Below, in pieces: positions 53,664 through 64,000 of a DNA stretch of 64,000 bases. The DNA is taken from the NCBI GenBank assembly GCA_050115495.1, contig JASFQK010000006.1, positions 64,001 to 128,000 on the forward strand. Reading direction: 5' to 3'. Below the pieces are notes generated by a model, which was not told the DNA's origin, did no database searches, and was given only the letters and a program-made list of their open reading frames with translations. Origin of the DNA: Phycisphaerae bacterium (lineage in GTDB: Bacteria; Planctomycetota; Phycisphaerae; UBA1845; Fen-1342). Both the position numbers and the translations under genes were made by a program. Every line of letters starts with the position of its first letter. Position 1 is the stretch's first letter.

Positions 53664-54542
53664 ATGAATCCGTTCCGCGGCACGCTCACCGCCCTGGTCA
53701 CGCCCTTTCGCGACGGACAGCTCGACCTCGACGCCCTCGACGCCCACGTCCAACGCCAGATCGACGCCGGCGTGGACGGCCTCGTCCCCTGCGGCACCAC
53801 AGGTGAATCGCCCACGCTCTCGGTGGAGGAGTATGCCCAGGTCATCCAGCACGTGGTTCGCACGACCGCCGGCCGCGTGCCCGTCCTCGCCGGCGCCGGC
53901 ACCAACAGCACTTCGCGCACGTTGACGCTCGCGCAGACGGCGACGGAATGCGGCGCGACCGGCCTGCTCCTCGTCGCCCCCTACTACAACAAGCCGCCAC
54001 AGGAAGGGCTCTACCAACACTTCTCGACCGTCGCCCGCAGCACCCCCCTGCCGATCGTGCTCTACAACATCCCCGGTCGTTGCGGCGTCGAGATCGCCAT
54101 CGACACGCTCCGCCGGCTCTTCGACGACCACGAGAACATCGTCGTGGTCAAGCACGCCACTGGCAACGTCGCCAGCGCAGCCGACCTGCGAGCAACGTGC
54201 GGGATCGACGTTCTCTCCGGCGACGATCCGCTCACGCTGCCGCTCATGAGCGTCGGCGCCGTCGGCGTCATCAGCGTGCTCTCGAACATATTTCCGACCG
54301 CGGTCAAACGACTAACGACGGCCGCCCTCGCCGGCGACTACGCCGCCGCCCTGGCCGCGCACCGGGCAACGTACCGTCTCGCCTGGGCCCTGCTCTCGCT
54401 CGAAACGAACCCGATCCCGATCAAAACCGCGATGGCCCTACGTGGCTGGTGCCGTAACGAATTCCGCCTGCCACTGTGCCCGCTGTCCGCCGCGCAGCGT
54501 GAACGGTTGGAGGCGTTGCTCGCCGAAAGCGACCTGAGCTGA
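53664..54542 (+). CDS. dapA: 4-hydroxy-tetrahydrodipicolinate synthase
   Basis: TALVTPF, CGTTGES, PYYNKP, LYNIPGR, Schiff-base Lys in VVKHATG, SGDD, NPIPIK. Confidence 0.95.
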   Translation: MNPFRGTLTALVTPFRDGQLDLDALDAHVQRQIDAGVDGLVPCGTTGESPTLSVEEYAQVIQHVVRTTAGRVPVLAGAGTNSTSRTLTLAQTATECGATGLLLVAPYYNKPPQEGLYQHFSTVARSTPLPIVLYNIPGRCGVEIAIDTLRRLFDDHENIVVVKHATGNVASAADLRATCGIDVLSGDDPLTLPLMSVGAVGVISVLSNIFPTAVKRLTTAALAGDYAAALAAHRATYRLAWALLSLETNPIPIKTAMALRGWCRNEFRLPLCPLSAAQRERLEALLAESDLS

Positions 54543-54585
54543 GCGCGCTGCGGCCGCACCACGACATCGTCTATAATGGACACGT

Positions 54586-55926
54586 ATGGACCTGTTCGCC
54601 GAACAGCGTAGGGCGGCTCTCGAACGCGTGCAGCCGCTGGCCGTGCGGATGCGACCGCGGACACTGGCCGAGTTCGCCGGCCAGGAGCACTTCCTTGGTG
54701 AGGGCAAGCTGCTCCGCCGGCTGCTCCAGGCCGACCGCCTGAGCAGCGCGATCTTCTACGGCCCGCCGGGGTGCGGCAAGACGACACTCGCGCAGGTCAT
54801 CGCCGGCCACACCCGCGCCGCCTTCGAAACGCTGCACGCTGCCGAAGCCGGCGTGAAAGACGTCCGCCGCGTGCTCGACGCCGCTCATCGGCGACTCGCC
54901 GGCGACGGGCAGCGAACGGTCCTCTTCCTCGACGAGATCCACCGCTTCAACCGCGCCCAGCAGGACGTCCTGCTGAACGACGTCGAATCGGGCGTGTTGA
55001 CGCTAATCGGGGCAACGACCGAAAACCCCTTCTTCTCGGTCAACAGCCCGCTCGTCTCGCGCAGCCAGGTCTTCCACTTCGAGCCGCTGGGTGGCGAGCA
55101 GATCATTGCCCTGTTGTGCCGCGCCCTGACCGACAAGGAGCGCGGCCTCGGCAAGACCGGTGCCCGCGCCGATGACGACGCCCTGGCTCTCATCGCCGAA
55201 TGGGCTGACGGCGACGCCCGCCGCGCCCTCAACGCGCTCGAAGTCGCGGTGCTGTCGGCCGACGGTGGCACGCCGCACGTCACCCGCGCCGTGGCCGCTG
55301 ACTCGATGCAGCGCAAGGCTGTTCTCTATGACGCCAGTGGCGACACGCATTACGACGTGGCCTCGGCGCTGATCAAGAGCATGCGCGGCAGTGATCCGGA
55401 CGCCGCGCTGTATTGGCTGGCCCGCATGCTCGAAGGTGGTGAGGACCCGCGCTTCATCGCCCGCCGCATCGCCATCTGCGCCGCGGAGGACATCGGCAAC
55501 GCCGACCCGCAGGCGCTGATCGTCGCCGCGGCGGCGGTGCAGATCACCGAGCTCGTCGGCCTGCCCGAAGCCGAATACCCGCTGGCCCAGGCCGCCGTGT
55601 ACCTGGCCTGCGCGCCGAAATCGAACGCCGTAACGATGGCGATCCACGCCGCCCGGGAAGAGGTGCGTCAGGGACCGACGCTGCCGGTGCCGCCGCACCT
55701 GCGCGATGCGAGTTATCGGGGCGCCGCCCGGCTGGGACACGGCGAGGGCTACGCGTATCCGCACGACTTTCCGGGCGGAATCGCGCCGCAGGACTACCTC
55801 CCCGAGCCGCGCAGCTATTACAATCCCACCGACCGGGGGCACGAGGCCCGCATCGCCTCCTGGCTGCGTGAGCGGCGGAAGGCCCGCGCAGCCCGGCCAG
55901 ATCAGGCGGCACCGAGACAGCCGTGA
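54586..55926 (+). CDS. rarA: Replication-associated recombination protein A (AAA+ ATPase)
   Basis: PLAVRMRP, GPPGCGKTT, DEIHRFNRAQQD, GATTENP, SALIKSMRGSDPDAA, EDIGNADP. Confidence 0.96.
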   Translation: MDLFAEQRRAALERVQPLAVRMRPRTLAEFAGQEHFLGEGKLLRRLLQADRLSSAIFYGPPGCGKTTLAQVIAGHTRAAFETLHAAEAGVKDVRRVLDAAHRRLAGDGQRTVLFLDEIHRFNRAQQDVLLNDVESGVLTLIGATTENPFFSVNSPLVSRSQVFHFEPLGGEQIIALLCRALTDKERGLGKTGARADDDALALIAEWADGDARRALNALEVAVLSADGGTPHVTRAVAADSMQRKAVLYDASGDTHYDVASALIKSMRGSDPDAALYWLARMLEGGEDPRFIARRIAICAAEDIGNADPQALIVAAAAVQITELVGLPEAEYPLAQAAVYLACAPKSNAVTMAIHAAREEVRQGPTLPVPPHLRDASYRGAARLGHGEGYAYPHDFPGGIAPQDYLPEPRSYYNPTDRGHEARIASWLRERRKARAARPDQAAPRQP

Positions 55927-56495
55927 ACAAGCGGGAATTGCGTCAGGAGCTGCGTCGGCGGCTGGCGGCCATCACGCCAACCGAGCTGCAGCGCCGCAGC
56001 GCGCAGGCCACCGACAGGCTCTGCGCCCTCGAAGGCTGCGAGCCGATGGACGTGGTCATGATTTTCCTGTCGATGCCCTACGAGATCGACACGGCACCGA
56101 TCGCCCTGCACGCCTGGAGCCGCGGCAAGCGCGTGCTGGCCCCGCGCGTCTCGTGGGAACAGCGGCGCATGCTGCCGATCGAAATCCACTCGCTCGACAC
56201 CGACGTGCAGCCGGGGCTCATGGGGCTGCGCGAGCCGGTCGAGGGCATGCCCGTGCCCGTCTCGGACATCGACCTGGTGGTCGTCCCCGGGCTGGGCTTC
56301 GACGAACAGGGGAATCGGCTGGGGCGCGGGCGCGGCTTCTACGACCGCTTCCTGTCGCACCGGGACTTTCGGGGCTTGAGTTGCGCGCTGGCCTTTGAAG
56401 AGCAGGTCGTGGAGTGCGTACCCGTTGGCGAAGCGGATGTACGCGTCGACATGCTCGTGACCGACGTGCGGGTTCGACAGTTTTCACGCCAGTAA
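55923..56495 (+). CDS. 5-formyltetrahydrofolate cyclo-ligase
   Basis: KRELR, DLVVVPGLGFDEQGNRLGRGRGFYDRFL; GTGA overlap with rarA. Confidence 0.95.
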   Translation: MNKRELRQELRRRLAAITPTELQRRSAQATDRLCALEGCEPMDVVMIFLSMPYEIDTAPIALHAWSRGKRVLAPRVSWEQRRMLPIEIHSLDTDVQPGLMGLREPVEGMPVPVSDIDLVVVPGLGFDEQGNRLGRGRGFYDRFLSHRDFRGLSCALAFEEQVVECVPVGEADVRVDMLVTDVRVRQFSRQ

Positions 56496-56504
56496 TCACC
56501 GCTC

Positions 56505-58169
56505 ATGAGCACAACCATTATCCGTCGGCGTTACCTGACCAACTTCCAGCATCACCGCCTGCCCCACCTGTTCACCGACACGCTCGTGCTCGGTACCGGC
56601 GTGGCCGGCCTGACCGCCGCCCTCGAAGCCGCCGAAGGCGGCGAGGTGCTGCTGGTCACCAAGGAGCACGCCGAGCAGTCGGCGACGGTCTACGCCCAGG
56701 GCGGCATCGCCGCCGCCGCCACCGACGCCGGCGACAGCCCCGCCCGCCACGCCGCCGACACGATCACCGCGGCGTGCGGCCTCGGTCACGAGGACATCAT
56801 CAACCTGGTCGTCGGCGCCGCCCCCGCCTGCATCGAACTACTGAGCCACTGGGGCGCCCGCTTCGACCAGGAGAACGGCCACCTCGCTCGCGGGCAGGAG
56901 GGCGGGCACACCACTCGCCGCATCGTCCACGCCAGCGACGCCACCGGCCGGGAGATCGTCCGCGTCCTGCTCGAACGGGTCCGCCGCCATCCGCGCATCC
57001 GCCTGTTCGACGGCTGCTTCGCCATCGACCTGCTGACGCACGAGGCGGGCGTCGTCGGTGCCGTCACGTTCCATCCGAAGTACGGCCACCAGATGCTGCG
57101 GGCCACTACAACCATCCTCGCCTCGGGCGGCGCCGGCCGCATCTACCGCGAGACGACGAACCCCGCGGTGGCCACCGCCGACGGGCTGGCCATGGCCCTG
57201 CGAGCCGGAGCCGTGCTGCGCGACGTCGAGATGGTCCAGTTCCATCCGACCACGCTGTACATCGCCGGTGCGGCGCGTGCCCTCATCAGCGAAGCGGTCC
57301 GCGGTGAAGGCGGCCTCCTGGTCAATCGCGCCGGCCAGCGCTTCATGCCGGATTACGACGAGCGCGCCGAACTCGCCCCGCGCGACGTCGTCAGCCAGGC
57401 GATGCTGACCGAGATGCGGCGCGACCAGGCCGCCTGCGTCTACCTCGATGTGCGGCACTTCCCGCCGGGGCGCTTCGCCGAGCGCTTCCCCAACATCGCC
57501 CGCCTCTGCATCGATTTCGACATTCGCCCGGAACGCGACCTGATCCCCGTGCGGCCCGCTGCGCACTACATGGTCGGCGGCGTGGTCGTGGACACGCAGG
57601 GCCGGACCAGCCTGCCCGGCCTGCTCGCCTGCGGCGAGGTTTCCTGCACCGGCCTGCACGGGGCCAACCGGCTCGCCAGCAACTCGCTGCTCGAAGGCCT
57701 CGTCTACGGGCAGCGCGCCGGACGTCTGGCCGCCGAACGTGCCGGCAGCAACGGCCGCGTCTTCCAGTCGCCGGCCATCAGCCACGTCCTGCCGCAGTCG
57801 CCGCGCTCGGCACTCGACCTCGAGGACGTGCTCAGCAGTCTGCGCAGCCTGATGTCCCGCCGCGTCGGCGTACAGCGCGATGCCGGCGAGCTCGACGAAG
57901 CCCGCGAGTTGATCCAGTTCTGGGGCCGCTACGTGATGGACAAGGTCTTCGACGAGCCGATGGCCTGGGAAACGCAGAACATGCTCACCGTCGCCCTCTG
58001 CGTCGCCACGGCCGCCCTCGAACGCCGGGAGTCGCGCGGCGTGCATTATCGCACCGACTTTCCGCAGACCGATCCGGCGTGGCAGCGGCACATCGACCTC
58101 GCCCTCGTGGCCGAGCAGCTCGAGGTTTCGACATCCCCTGTCGGTAAATCCGCAGACGGCGTCCGATAG
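56505..58169 (+). CDS. nadB: L-aspartate oxidase
   Basis: GTGVAGL, AQGGIA, EGGH...RIVH, QFHPT, LISEAVRGEG, ELAPRDVV, GLHGANRLASNSLLE, ESRGVHYR. Confidence 0.96.
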   Translation: MSTTIIRRRYLTNFQHHRLPHLFTDTLVLGTGVAGLTAALEAAEGGEVLLVTKEHAEQSATVYAQGGIAAAATDAGDSPARHAADTITAACGLGHEDIINLVVGAAPACIELLSHWGARFDQENGHLARGQEGGHTTRRIVHASDATGREIVRVLLERVRRHPRIRLFDGCFAIDLLTHEAGVVGAVTFHPKYGHQMLRATTTILASGGAGRIYRETTNPAVATADGLAMALRAGAVLRDVEMVQFHPTTLYIAGAARALISEAVRGEGGLLVNRAGQRFMPDYDERAELAPRDVVSQAMLTEMRRDQAACVYLDVRHFPPGRFAERFPNIARLCIDFDIRPERDLIPVRPAAHYMVGGVVVDTQGRTSLPGLLACGEVSCTGLHGANRLASNSLLEGLVYGQRAGRLAAERAGSNGRVFQSPAISHVLPQSPRSALDLEDVLSSLRSLMSRRVGVQRDAGELDEARELIQFWGRYVMDKVFDEPMAWETQNMLTVALCVATAALERRESRGVHYRTDFPQTDPAWQRHIDLALVAEQLEVSTSPVGKSADGVR

Positions 58170-58423
58170 ACGGGCCGCCCGTCGGCCGCATTGAGACTCG
58201 CGCAGCGCCGCCGCGGGCGGCGCGTGCGCAAACCGTTGCCCTTGTTGCGGTTAATCGGCTATAGTGTGGCAGGGTGGCGGGCCCGCCGATCCGGGCCGCT
58301 TGTTCCCCTTCAGTTCCCGGCGGCCGGAGGGTAGTCAGCAACCTGCGGCCAGACACAGCGTGGTGTGCGCTGCCCGCCAGCGCTCGCCACGCCGCGGCGA
58401 ACCTCGAGTAAGGAGCGCGTAAG

Positions 58424-60742
58424 ATGGCCCTGAACAGACTGATCGTGACCGCCGGCCTGAGCCTGGTGCTGGCTTATGCCGCAACCGCCGGCGCCCAGAC
58501 CTGGTCGATCACGACCGTGGACAGCGGTAAGGTCGGCGACTATCCCAGCCTCGCCCTGCAGCCCAGCGGCTACCCGGCCATCAGCTACGCCGACGGCAAG
58601 TTCCAGACCCTCAAGTACGCGTGGTTCGACGGCAAGGCCTGGCAAACCGCCACCGCCGTCAACGACGAGACTCCGGTGGCTTACACCAGCCTGGCCTTCG
58701 TCAACGGCGAGCCGGCCATCAGCTACTACGAGCCGTTCGACGGCCTGGGCTACGCATGGTTCGTCGACGGGGAATGGCAGTCTACGATCGTGCACTCCGC
58801 TGTTGAGGTGGAGAGCGCGGGCTTGTACTCGAGCCTGGCCGTGCTGCCCGACGGCAATCCGGCCATCAGCTACATGTACTCGATCTACGAGGGGAAGAGC
58901 CTCACCGACGCCGATCTCATGTACGCCTGGTTCGACGGCACCCAGTGGCAGCGGACCACCGTCGATACCGGTGGGGCCGAAGTGAACGTCGGTGAGTTCA
59001 CCAGCCTGGCGGTGCTGCCTTCCGGCTATCCGGCCATCAGCTACGTGGACGCCACGAACCACACGCTCAAGTACGCCTGGTACAACGGCAGTCTCTGGCA
59101 CAGCGCGGTGGTGGACAGCTCTGCGCTGGTCACCGGGTTCACCAGCCTGGCCATCGTCGGCGGCGAACCCGCGATCAGCTACGGCATCGGCTCCCCGACG
59201 CCGGAGGTGCGCTACGCCGAGTTCGCCGGCGGCGAGTGGCACATCGCCACGGTCGACAGCGGCGACGGGCAACTCGGTAGTTGCACGAGCCTCGCAGTGC
59301 TCCCCAACGGCGAGCCGGCCATGGCGTACGGCGACGCGGGATCGGGCGAGCTGCATTACGCCTGGCGCGGCTACGGCGCGTGGCACTCGTCACTCATCAG
59401 CAGCAGCGGCGCCGGCAATTGCAGCCTGGCCTTCGTGGCGGGCACCGTGCCGGTCATCGCCTTCCACAACATGGAAATGGGCTCGCTGAACCTGGCGGCC
59501 TTGATCGAGGACTGCAACGAAAACGGCATTCCGGACATCGAAGACCTGGCCTACTGCCAGGGCGCTCCGTGGTGCAGTGACTGCAACGGCAACGGCATCC
59601 TCGACCAGTGTGACATCTCCTTCTGCTATTACGATCCGGCCTGTGGCGACTGCGACCTCGACGGCGTGCCCGACGGCTGCCAGTATGAGATCACCGACTG
59701 CAACGAGAACGGCTTCGCCGACGGCTGCGAGATCGCCATGGACCCGTCGCTCGACTGCAACGAGAACGGCATTCTCGACGAGTGTGACCGCTGGGGCTGC
59801 GACGGTGAGCCCTGGTGCCGCGACTGCAACGAGAACGGCATCCTCGACGTGTGCGACCAGGACGACTGCGCCGGTGAGCCCTGGTGCGACGATTGCAACG
59901 GCAACGGCTTCCTCGACGAGTGCGACGTCATGTACGGCGTCAGCCTGGACATCAACGTCAACGACGTCCCGGACGAGTGCGAACCCGACTGCAACGAGAA
60001 CAGCATCCCCGACGACTGGGACATCTCCGCCGAGTACAGCGCCGACTGCAACGCCAACGGCATCCCGGATGAATGCGACATCGCCGACGGCACCAGCGAG
60101 GACTGCAACGGCAACGGCGTCCCGGATGAGTGCGACCTCGCCAACGGCGACAGCGAAGACTGCGACGTCAACGGCGTGCCCGACGAGTGCCAGACCGACA
60201 CCGACGACGACGGTGTCATCGACGCGTGCGACGGCTGCCCGCAGGACCCCGCCAAGCTGGCCCCCGGCACGTGCGGCTGCGGCGAGGCCGACACCGACAC
60301 GGACGGCGACGGGTTCGCGGATTGTGTCGATAATTGTCCGGACGTCTTCAACCCCGACCAGGCCGACAGCGACGGCAACGGCCTGGGCGACGCCTGCGAC
60401 GAGGCCGCCCGCCCGGTGCCAACCGACGCCTGCTTCTTCCGCTGCCTGATCCAGTTGATGTCCGGGAAACCCCTGGACGGCCCCGAGGTCGGCGACTGCA
60501 ACTGCGACGACTTCCTCGACGAGCTGGTCGCCTACGCCGACGAGCACGCCGGTGAGTACCCGACGGACGGCGACGGCACGACCGAGCCGACCGGCACGGA
60601 CAACCTCACCGAGGAAGAGCGCGAGCTGCTCGGCCGCCTGACCGCCGGCGCCGGAATCTGCCCGCTCTCGTGCGTGCTGCTGGTCACGATATCGCTGGTC
60701 GGCCTGCTCCTGACGCGTCCGCGCGGCGCCTCGCGGCCATAG
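58424..60742 (+). CDS. Secreted protein: 7-bladed beta-propeller, DCNxNG and TSP3-like repeats, Cys-containing C-terminal membrane anchor
   Basis: RBS AAGGAG; signal peptide; seven SLA...G.PAISY...YAW-type repeats; DNCPDVFNPDQADSDGNGLGDACD; GAGICPLSCVLLVTISLVGLLLTRPR. Confidence 0.87.
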   Translation: MALNRLIVTAGLSLVLAYAATAGAQTWSITTVDSGKVGDYPSLALQPSGYPAISYADGKFQTLKYAWFDGKAWQTATAVNDETPVAYTSLAFVNGEPAISYYEPFDGLGYAWFVDGEWQSTIVHSAVEVESAGLYSSLAVLPDGNPAISYMYSIYEGKSLTDADLMYAWFDGTQWQRTTVDTGGAEVNVGEFTSLAVLPSGYPAISYVDATNHTLKYAWYNGSLWHSAVVDSSALVTGFTSLAIVGGEPAISYGIGSPTPEVRYAEFAGGEWHIATVDSGDGQLGSCTSLAVLPNGEPAMAYGDAGSGELHYAWRGYGAWHSSLISSSGAGNCSLAFVAGTVPVIAFHNMEMGSLNLAALIEDCNENGIPDIEDLAYCQGAPWCSDCNGNGILDQCDISFCYYDPACGDCDLDGVPDGCQYEITDCNENGFADGCEIAMDPSLDCNENGILDECDRWGCDGEPWCRDCNENGILDVCDQDDCAGEPWCDDCNGNGFLDECDVMYGVSLDINVNDVPDECEPDCNENSIPDDWDISAEYSADCNANGIPDECDIADGTSEDCNGNGVPDECDLANGDSEDCDVNGVPDECQTDTDDDGVIDACDGCPQDPAKLAPGTCGCGEADTDTDGDGFADCVDNCPDVFNPDQADSDGNGLGDACDEAARPVPTDACFFRCLIQLMSGKPLDGPEVGDCNCDDFLDELVAYADEHAGEYPTDGDGTTEPTGTDNLTEEERELLGRLTAGAGICPLSCVLLVTISLVGLLLTRPRGASRP

Positions 60743-60902
60743 CCGCCCCGGTACGTACGATCACGCATCGCTGCCGTTCGCGCCGTTCCGGCGCCGCTTC
60801 GGCCGGTTTGCGTCCGCCCACTTTGTTTGACCCCCACTTGTGGCGGCTTCTAGAATCTCATGGACCTGGATGGCCCGACCAACCGGAACGGAGCCTGGGT
60901 GG

Positions 60903-61757
60903 ATGCTCAATCGCTGGATCGGAATTCTCTGCACGCTCTTCATGCTGAGCGCCAACACGACGCTCTTCGTCCGCGATATCCTGCCCGGCCTGCTGGCCGG
61001 TGACCCGCCGGAGCTGGACGACCTCTCCCTCGAAGCCGGCACGACCCGGCGGATCCAGACCGGCGTCTTCAACGCCCGCGACGAGAATATCGGTCGAAGC
61101 TGGACCGTCAGCTTCATGCAGGCCGGACTGCTCAACGTCACCTCCTGCACGCGCCTCAACCCGATCACCCTGCCCAACGGCCTGACCACGCCCGGCGCCC
61201 GCATCGACACCGAGCTCCGCTATCGGGTCGACGACGGCCTCCTGGACAGCATGAGCATGTCCATTCGCGGCCTGCCGGTCGGCGTCACCATGCACGGCGA
61301 CTTCATCCCGCCGGACGAGTTCGCCTGCTGCTGGCGGTTGGGGAAGGTGCAGCGCGGCACGTTCCGGCTCAGCGCCGACGCGACCCGCGCCCTGGGCGAC
61401 GTGCTGCGACCCTTCACGCGCCTGCCGGGCCTGTACGTGGGCCGCACCTGGCGGCTGCATCTGCTCGACCCGCTGGCCCAGGTCGTGCCCGGCCTGCGCA
61501 ACAATGATCTGTTGGCCGAGCCCATACTCGTGCGCGTCACCGGTACGGAAATGATCGAGCACCGCGGGCAGCAGCTCGAGGTGTTCGTCGTGGAGGCCCG
61601 CCGCACGCGGGCCTGGGTGGATCAGCAGGGCAACGTGCTGCGGCAGGAAATCGACGTGCCGCTGCTCGGCCGCCTGACGCTGCGTGACGAACCGTTTGAT
61701 GACGAGGTGTTCCAGGAAGCCCGCGTCTGGTCGCCGGACGCCTCGGAAGAGGAGTAG
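60903..61757 (+). CDS. Hypothetical membrane-anchored protein of an ABC operon
   Basis: N-terminal hydrophobic segment; AWVDQQGNVLRQEI; abuts the ABC ATPase. Confidence 0.72.
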   Translation: MLNRWIGILCTLFMLSANTTLFVRDILPGLLAGDPPELDDLSLEAGTTRRIQTGVFNARDENIGRSWTVSFMQAGLLNVTSCTRLNPITLPNGLTTPGARIDTELRYRVDDGLLDSMSMSIRGLPVGVTMHGDFIPPDEFACCWRLGKVQRGTFRLSADATRALGDVLRPFTRLPGLYVGRTWRLHLLDPLAQVVPGLRNNDLLAEPILVRVTGTEMIEHRGQQLEVFVVEARRTRAWVDQQGNVLRQEIDVPLLGRLTLRDEPFDDEVFQEARVWSPDASEEE

Positions 61758-62576
<819 letters not shown>

Positions 62577-62640
62577 CCGTGCCCACCCCGCTTCGTCACT
62601 GGTGCGCCCTCACCCCGGCCACGGCGGAGGTGACCGGCTC

Positions 62641-64000
62641 ATGACTCCGGACACCGGCGACAACCCGCCCCGCCGCGCTGCCAACATGGAAATGTTCGTC
62701 CTGGCCCGTTATCGGGCGATGCAGTTGCGCAACGCCGTCGACCAGCAGTTGCGCGACGCTCCCATGCGCACGTTCGTCGTGCTCGTGCTCCTGTGCGTCA
62801 TCTGGGTGGCCCTGTACCTGCTGCTCAAGGCCGTCTTCCAGCAGGTCAACCGCTGGGAACTGGTGGCCGTCGTCGCCAACAAGCACATTTTCATCCACTT
62901 CTTCCTCGTGCTGGCGGTCATGCTCACCGTCTCCAACGCCGTGCTGGCCTTCACCAGCCTGTTCGGACGCCACGAGGCAGCGCACCTATTGAGTATGCCC
63001 GTACACCCACGACAGGTGCTCTGCGTGAAGTGGCTCGAAGGCATGCTGCTGTCCAGTTGGTCGTTCATGCTGCTGGGCGTGCCGCTCATGCTCGCCGTGG
63101 CGCACAACACATCGGTGGCATGGTACTACTACCCGCTGTTCATCGGGCATTTCCTGGGGTTCGTGCTGATCCCGGCGACGTTCGGTCTGCTCGTCGCCTG
63201 GTTCATCGCCATGTGGATCCCCCGCCGCCCGCTGCTGCTGATCCTGTGGACCGCCATCGGCGCCCTCGCCGTCGGCGCGTATTACTTGTGGAACCTCTCG
63301 CACCGGGCCCTCCAGGCCGAGCAGTGGCTGCCCCTGCTGTTCCGCGAGATCGGCATCACCAAAAACCAGTTGCTGCCCAGCACCTGGACCGCCGAGGGCA
63401 TCGTCGCCGCCATCGAACTACGCGTCGGCGACAGCCTCGTGTACCTGCTGGTCGTCCTCGGCAACGCGGCGTTCTTCTCGTGGCTGACGATTAACATCCT
63501 CGGCGGCACGTGGTCCGAGGCCTACAACCGCGCCCGTCGCGGACAGGCCCGCGGGGAAATCCGCAACGGCTGGCTCACCGCCGGCGTGTGTACCGTGCTC
63601 TTCTGTTACCTGCCCTCGCGCGCCCGTCAGATCATGCTCAAGGACCTGCGCGGCTTCACGCGCGACCCCGCCCAGTGGACGCAGATGGCCATCATGATGG
63701 GCCTGCTCGTGATCTACGCGCTCAACCTGAAGCGCCTGCCGATGGACCTGAACCGCGCGGAAACGCAGACCCTCATCGCCTTCCTCAACCTGGTCGTTAT
63801 CAGCCTGATATTGGCGACGTTCACGAGCCGATTTGTCTACCCCCTGCTCTCCCTCGAGAGCCAACAGCTCTGGCTCCTCGGCCTGCTGCCCACCCGCCGC
63901 AGCACCCTGCTCGGCATTAAGTTTGTGTTTGCCTTGACAGTTACCGGACTATCCGGGCTCGGCGTCATGTTCCTGGCCGTGGTCATGCTCGGCCTCCCAC
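62641..64000 (+). CDS. Putative ABC-2 permease; runs off the right edge
   Basis: Open frame MTPDTGDNPP...FFLVLAVMLTVSNAVLAFTSLF...LLSMPV...MLKDLRGFTRDPAQWTQ...RFVYPLLSLE; many TM helices; no stop in the window. Confidence 0.85.
   Translation, partial: MTPDTGDNPPRRAANMEMFVLARYRAMQLRNAVDQQLRDAPMRTFVVLVLLCVIWVALYLLLKAVFQQVNRWELVAVVANKHIFIHFFLVLAVMLTVSNAVLAFTSLFGRHEAAHLLSMPVHPRQVLCVKWLEGMLLSSWSFMLLGVPLMLAVAHNTSVAWYYYPLFIGHFLGFVLIPATFGLLVAWFIAMWIPRRPLLLILWTAIGALAVGAYYLWNLSHRALQAEQWLPLLFREIGITKNQLLPSTWTAEGIVAAIELRVGDSLVYLLVVLGNAAFFSWLTINILGGTWSEAYNRARRGQARGEIRNGWLTAGVCTVLFCYLPSRARQIMLKDLRGFTRDPAQWTQMAIMMGLLVIYALNLKRLPMDLNRAETQTLIAFLNLVVISLILATFTSRFVYPLLSLESQQLWLLGLLPTRRSTLLGIKFVFALTVTGLSGLGVMFLAVVMLGLP

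Noticed and set aside
59577..60449. Thr/Ala-rich mucin-like ORF
   Set aside because: Alternative-frame reading of the DCN repeats within the 58424..60742 gene.

Overview
High-GC bacterial chromosomal window, probably Planctomycetota/Phycisphaerae (inferred from PEP-CTERM proteins, a Minf_1886-type gene and DCNxNG-repeat secreted proteins). It holds housekeeping genes (tRNA-Arg(CCG), ileS, folP, dapA, rarA, 5-formyl-THF cyclo-ligase, nadB, ricT-like) and two ABC systems. Notable accessory modules: (1) 26.0-38.0 kb, an orphan VgrG-to-PAAR operon in which three paralogous LysM/transthyretin-like/peptidoglycan-binding proteins each precede a different putative enzyme effector; (2) 7.8-14.0 kb, an HTH-like gene divergent from a 1291-aa dockerin-bearing secreted protein and a cohesin-PEP-CTERM anchor, with phased repeats between back-to-back promoters; (3) an Ile-rich leader-peptide attenuator upstream of MATE-ileS; (4) a chromosomal folP carrying the Sul-type DPGMGFFLG signature; (5) two microproteins missed by the ORF track and a putative structured ncRNA at about 41.1-41.5 kb. 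No CRISPR array, transposase or integrase was seen. All assignments come from reading motifs by eye; no database search was run.
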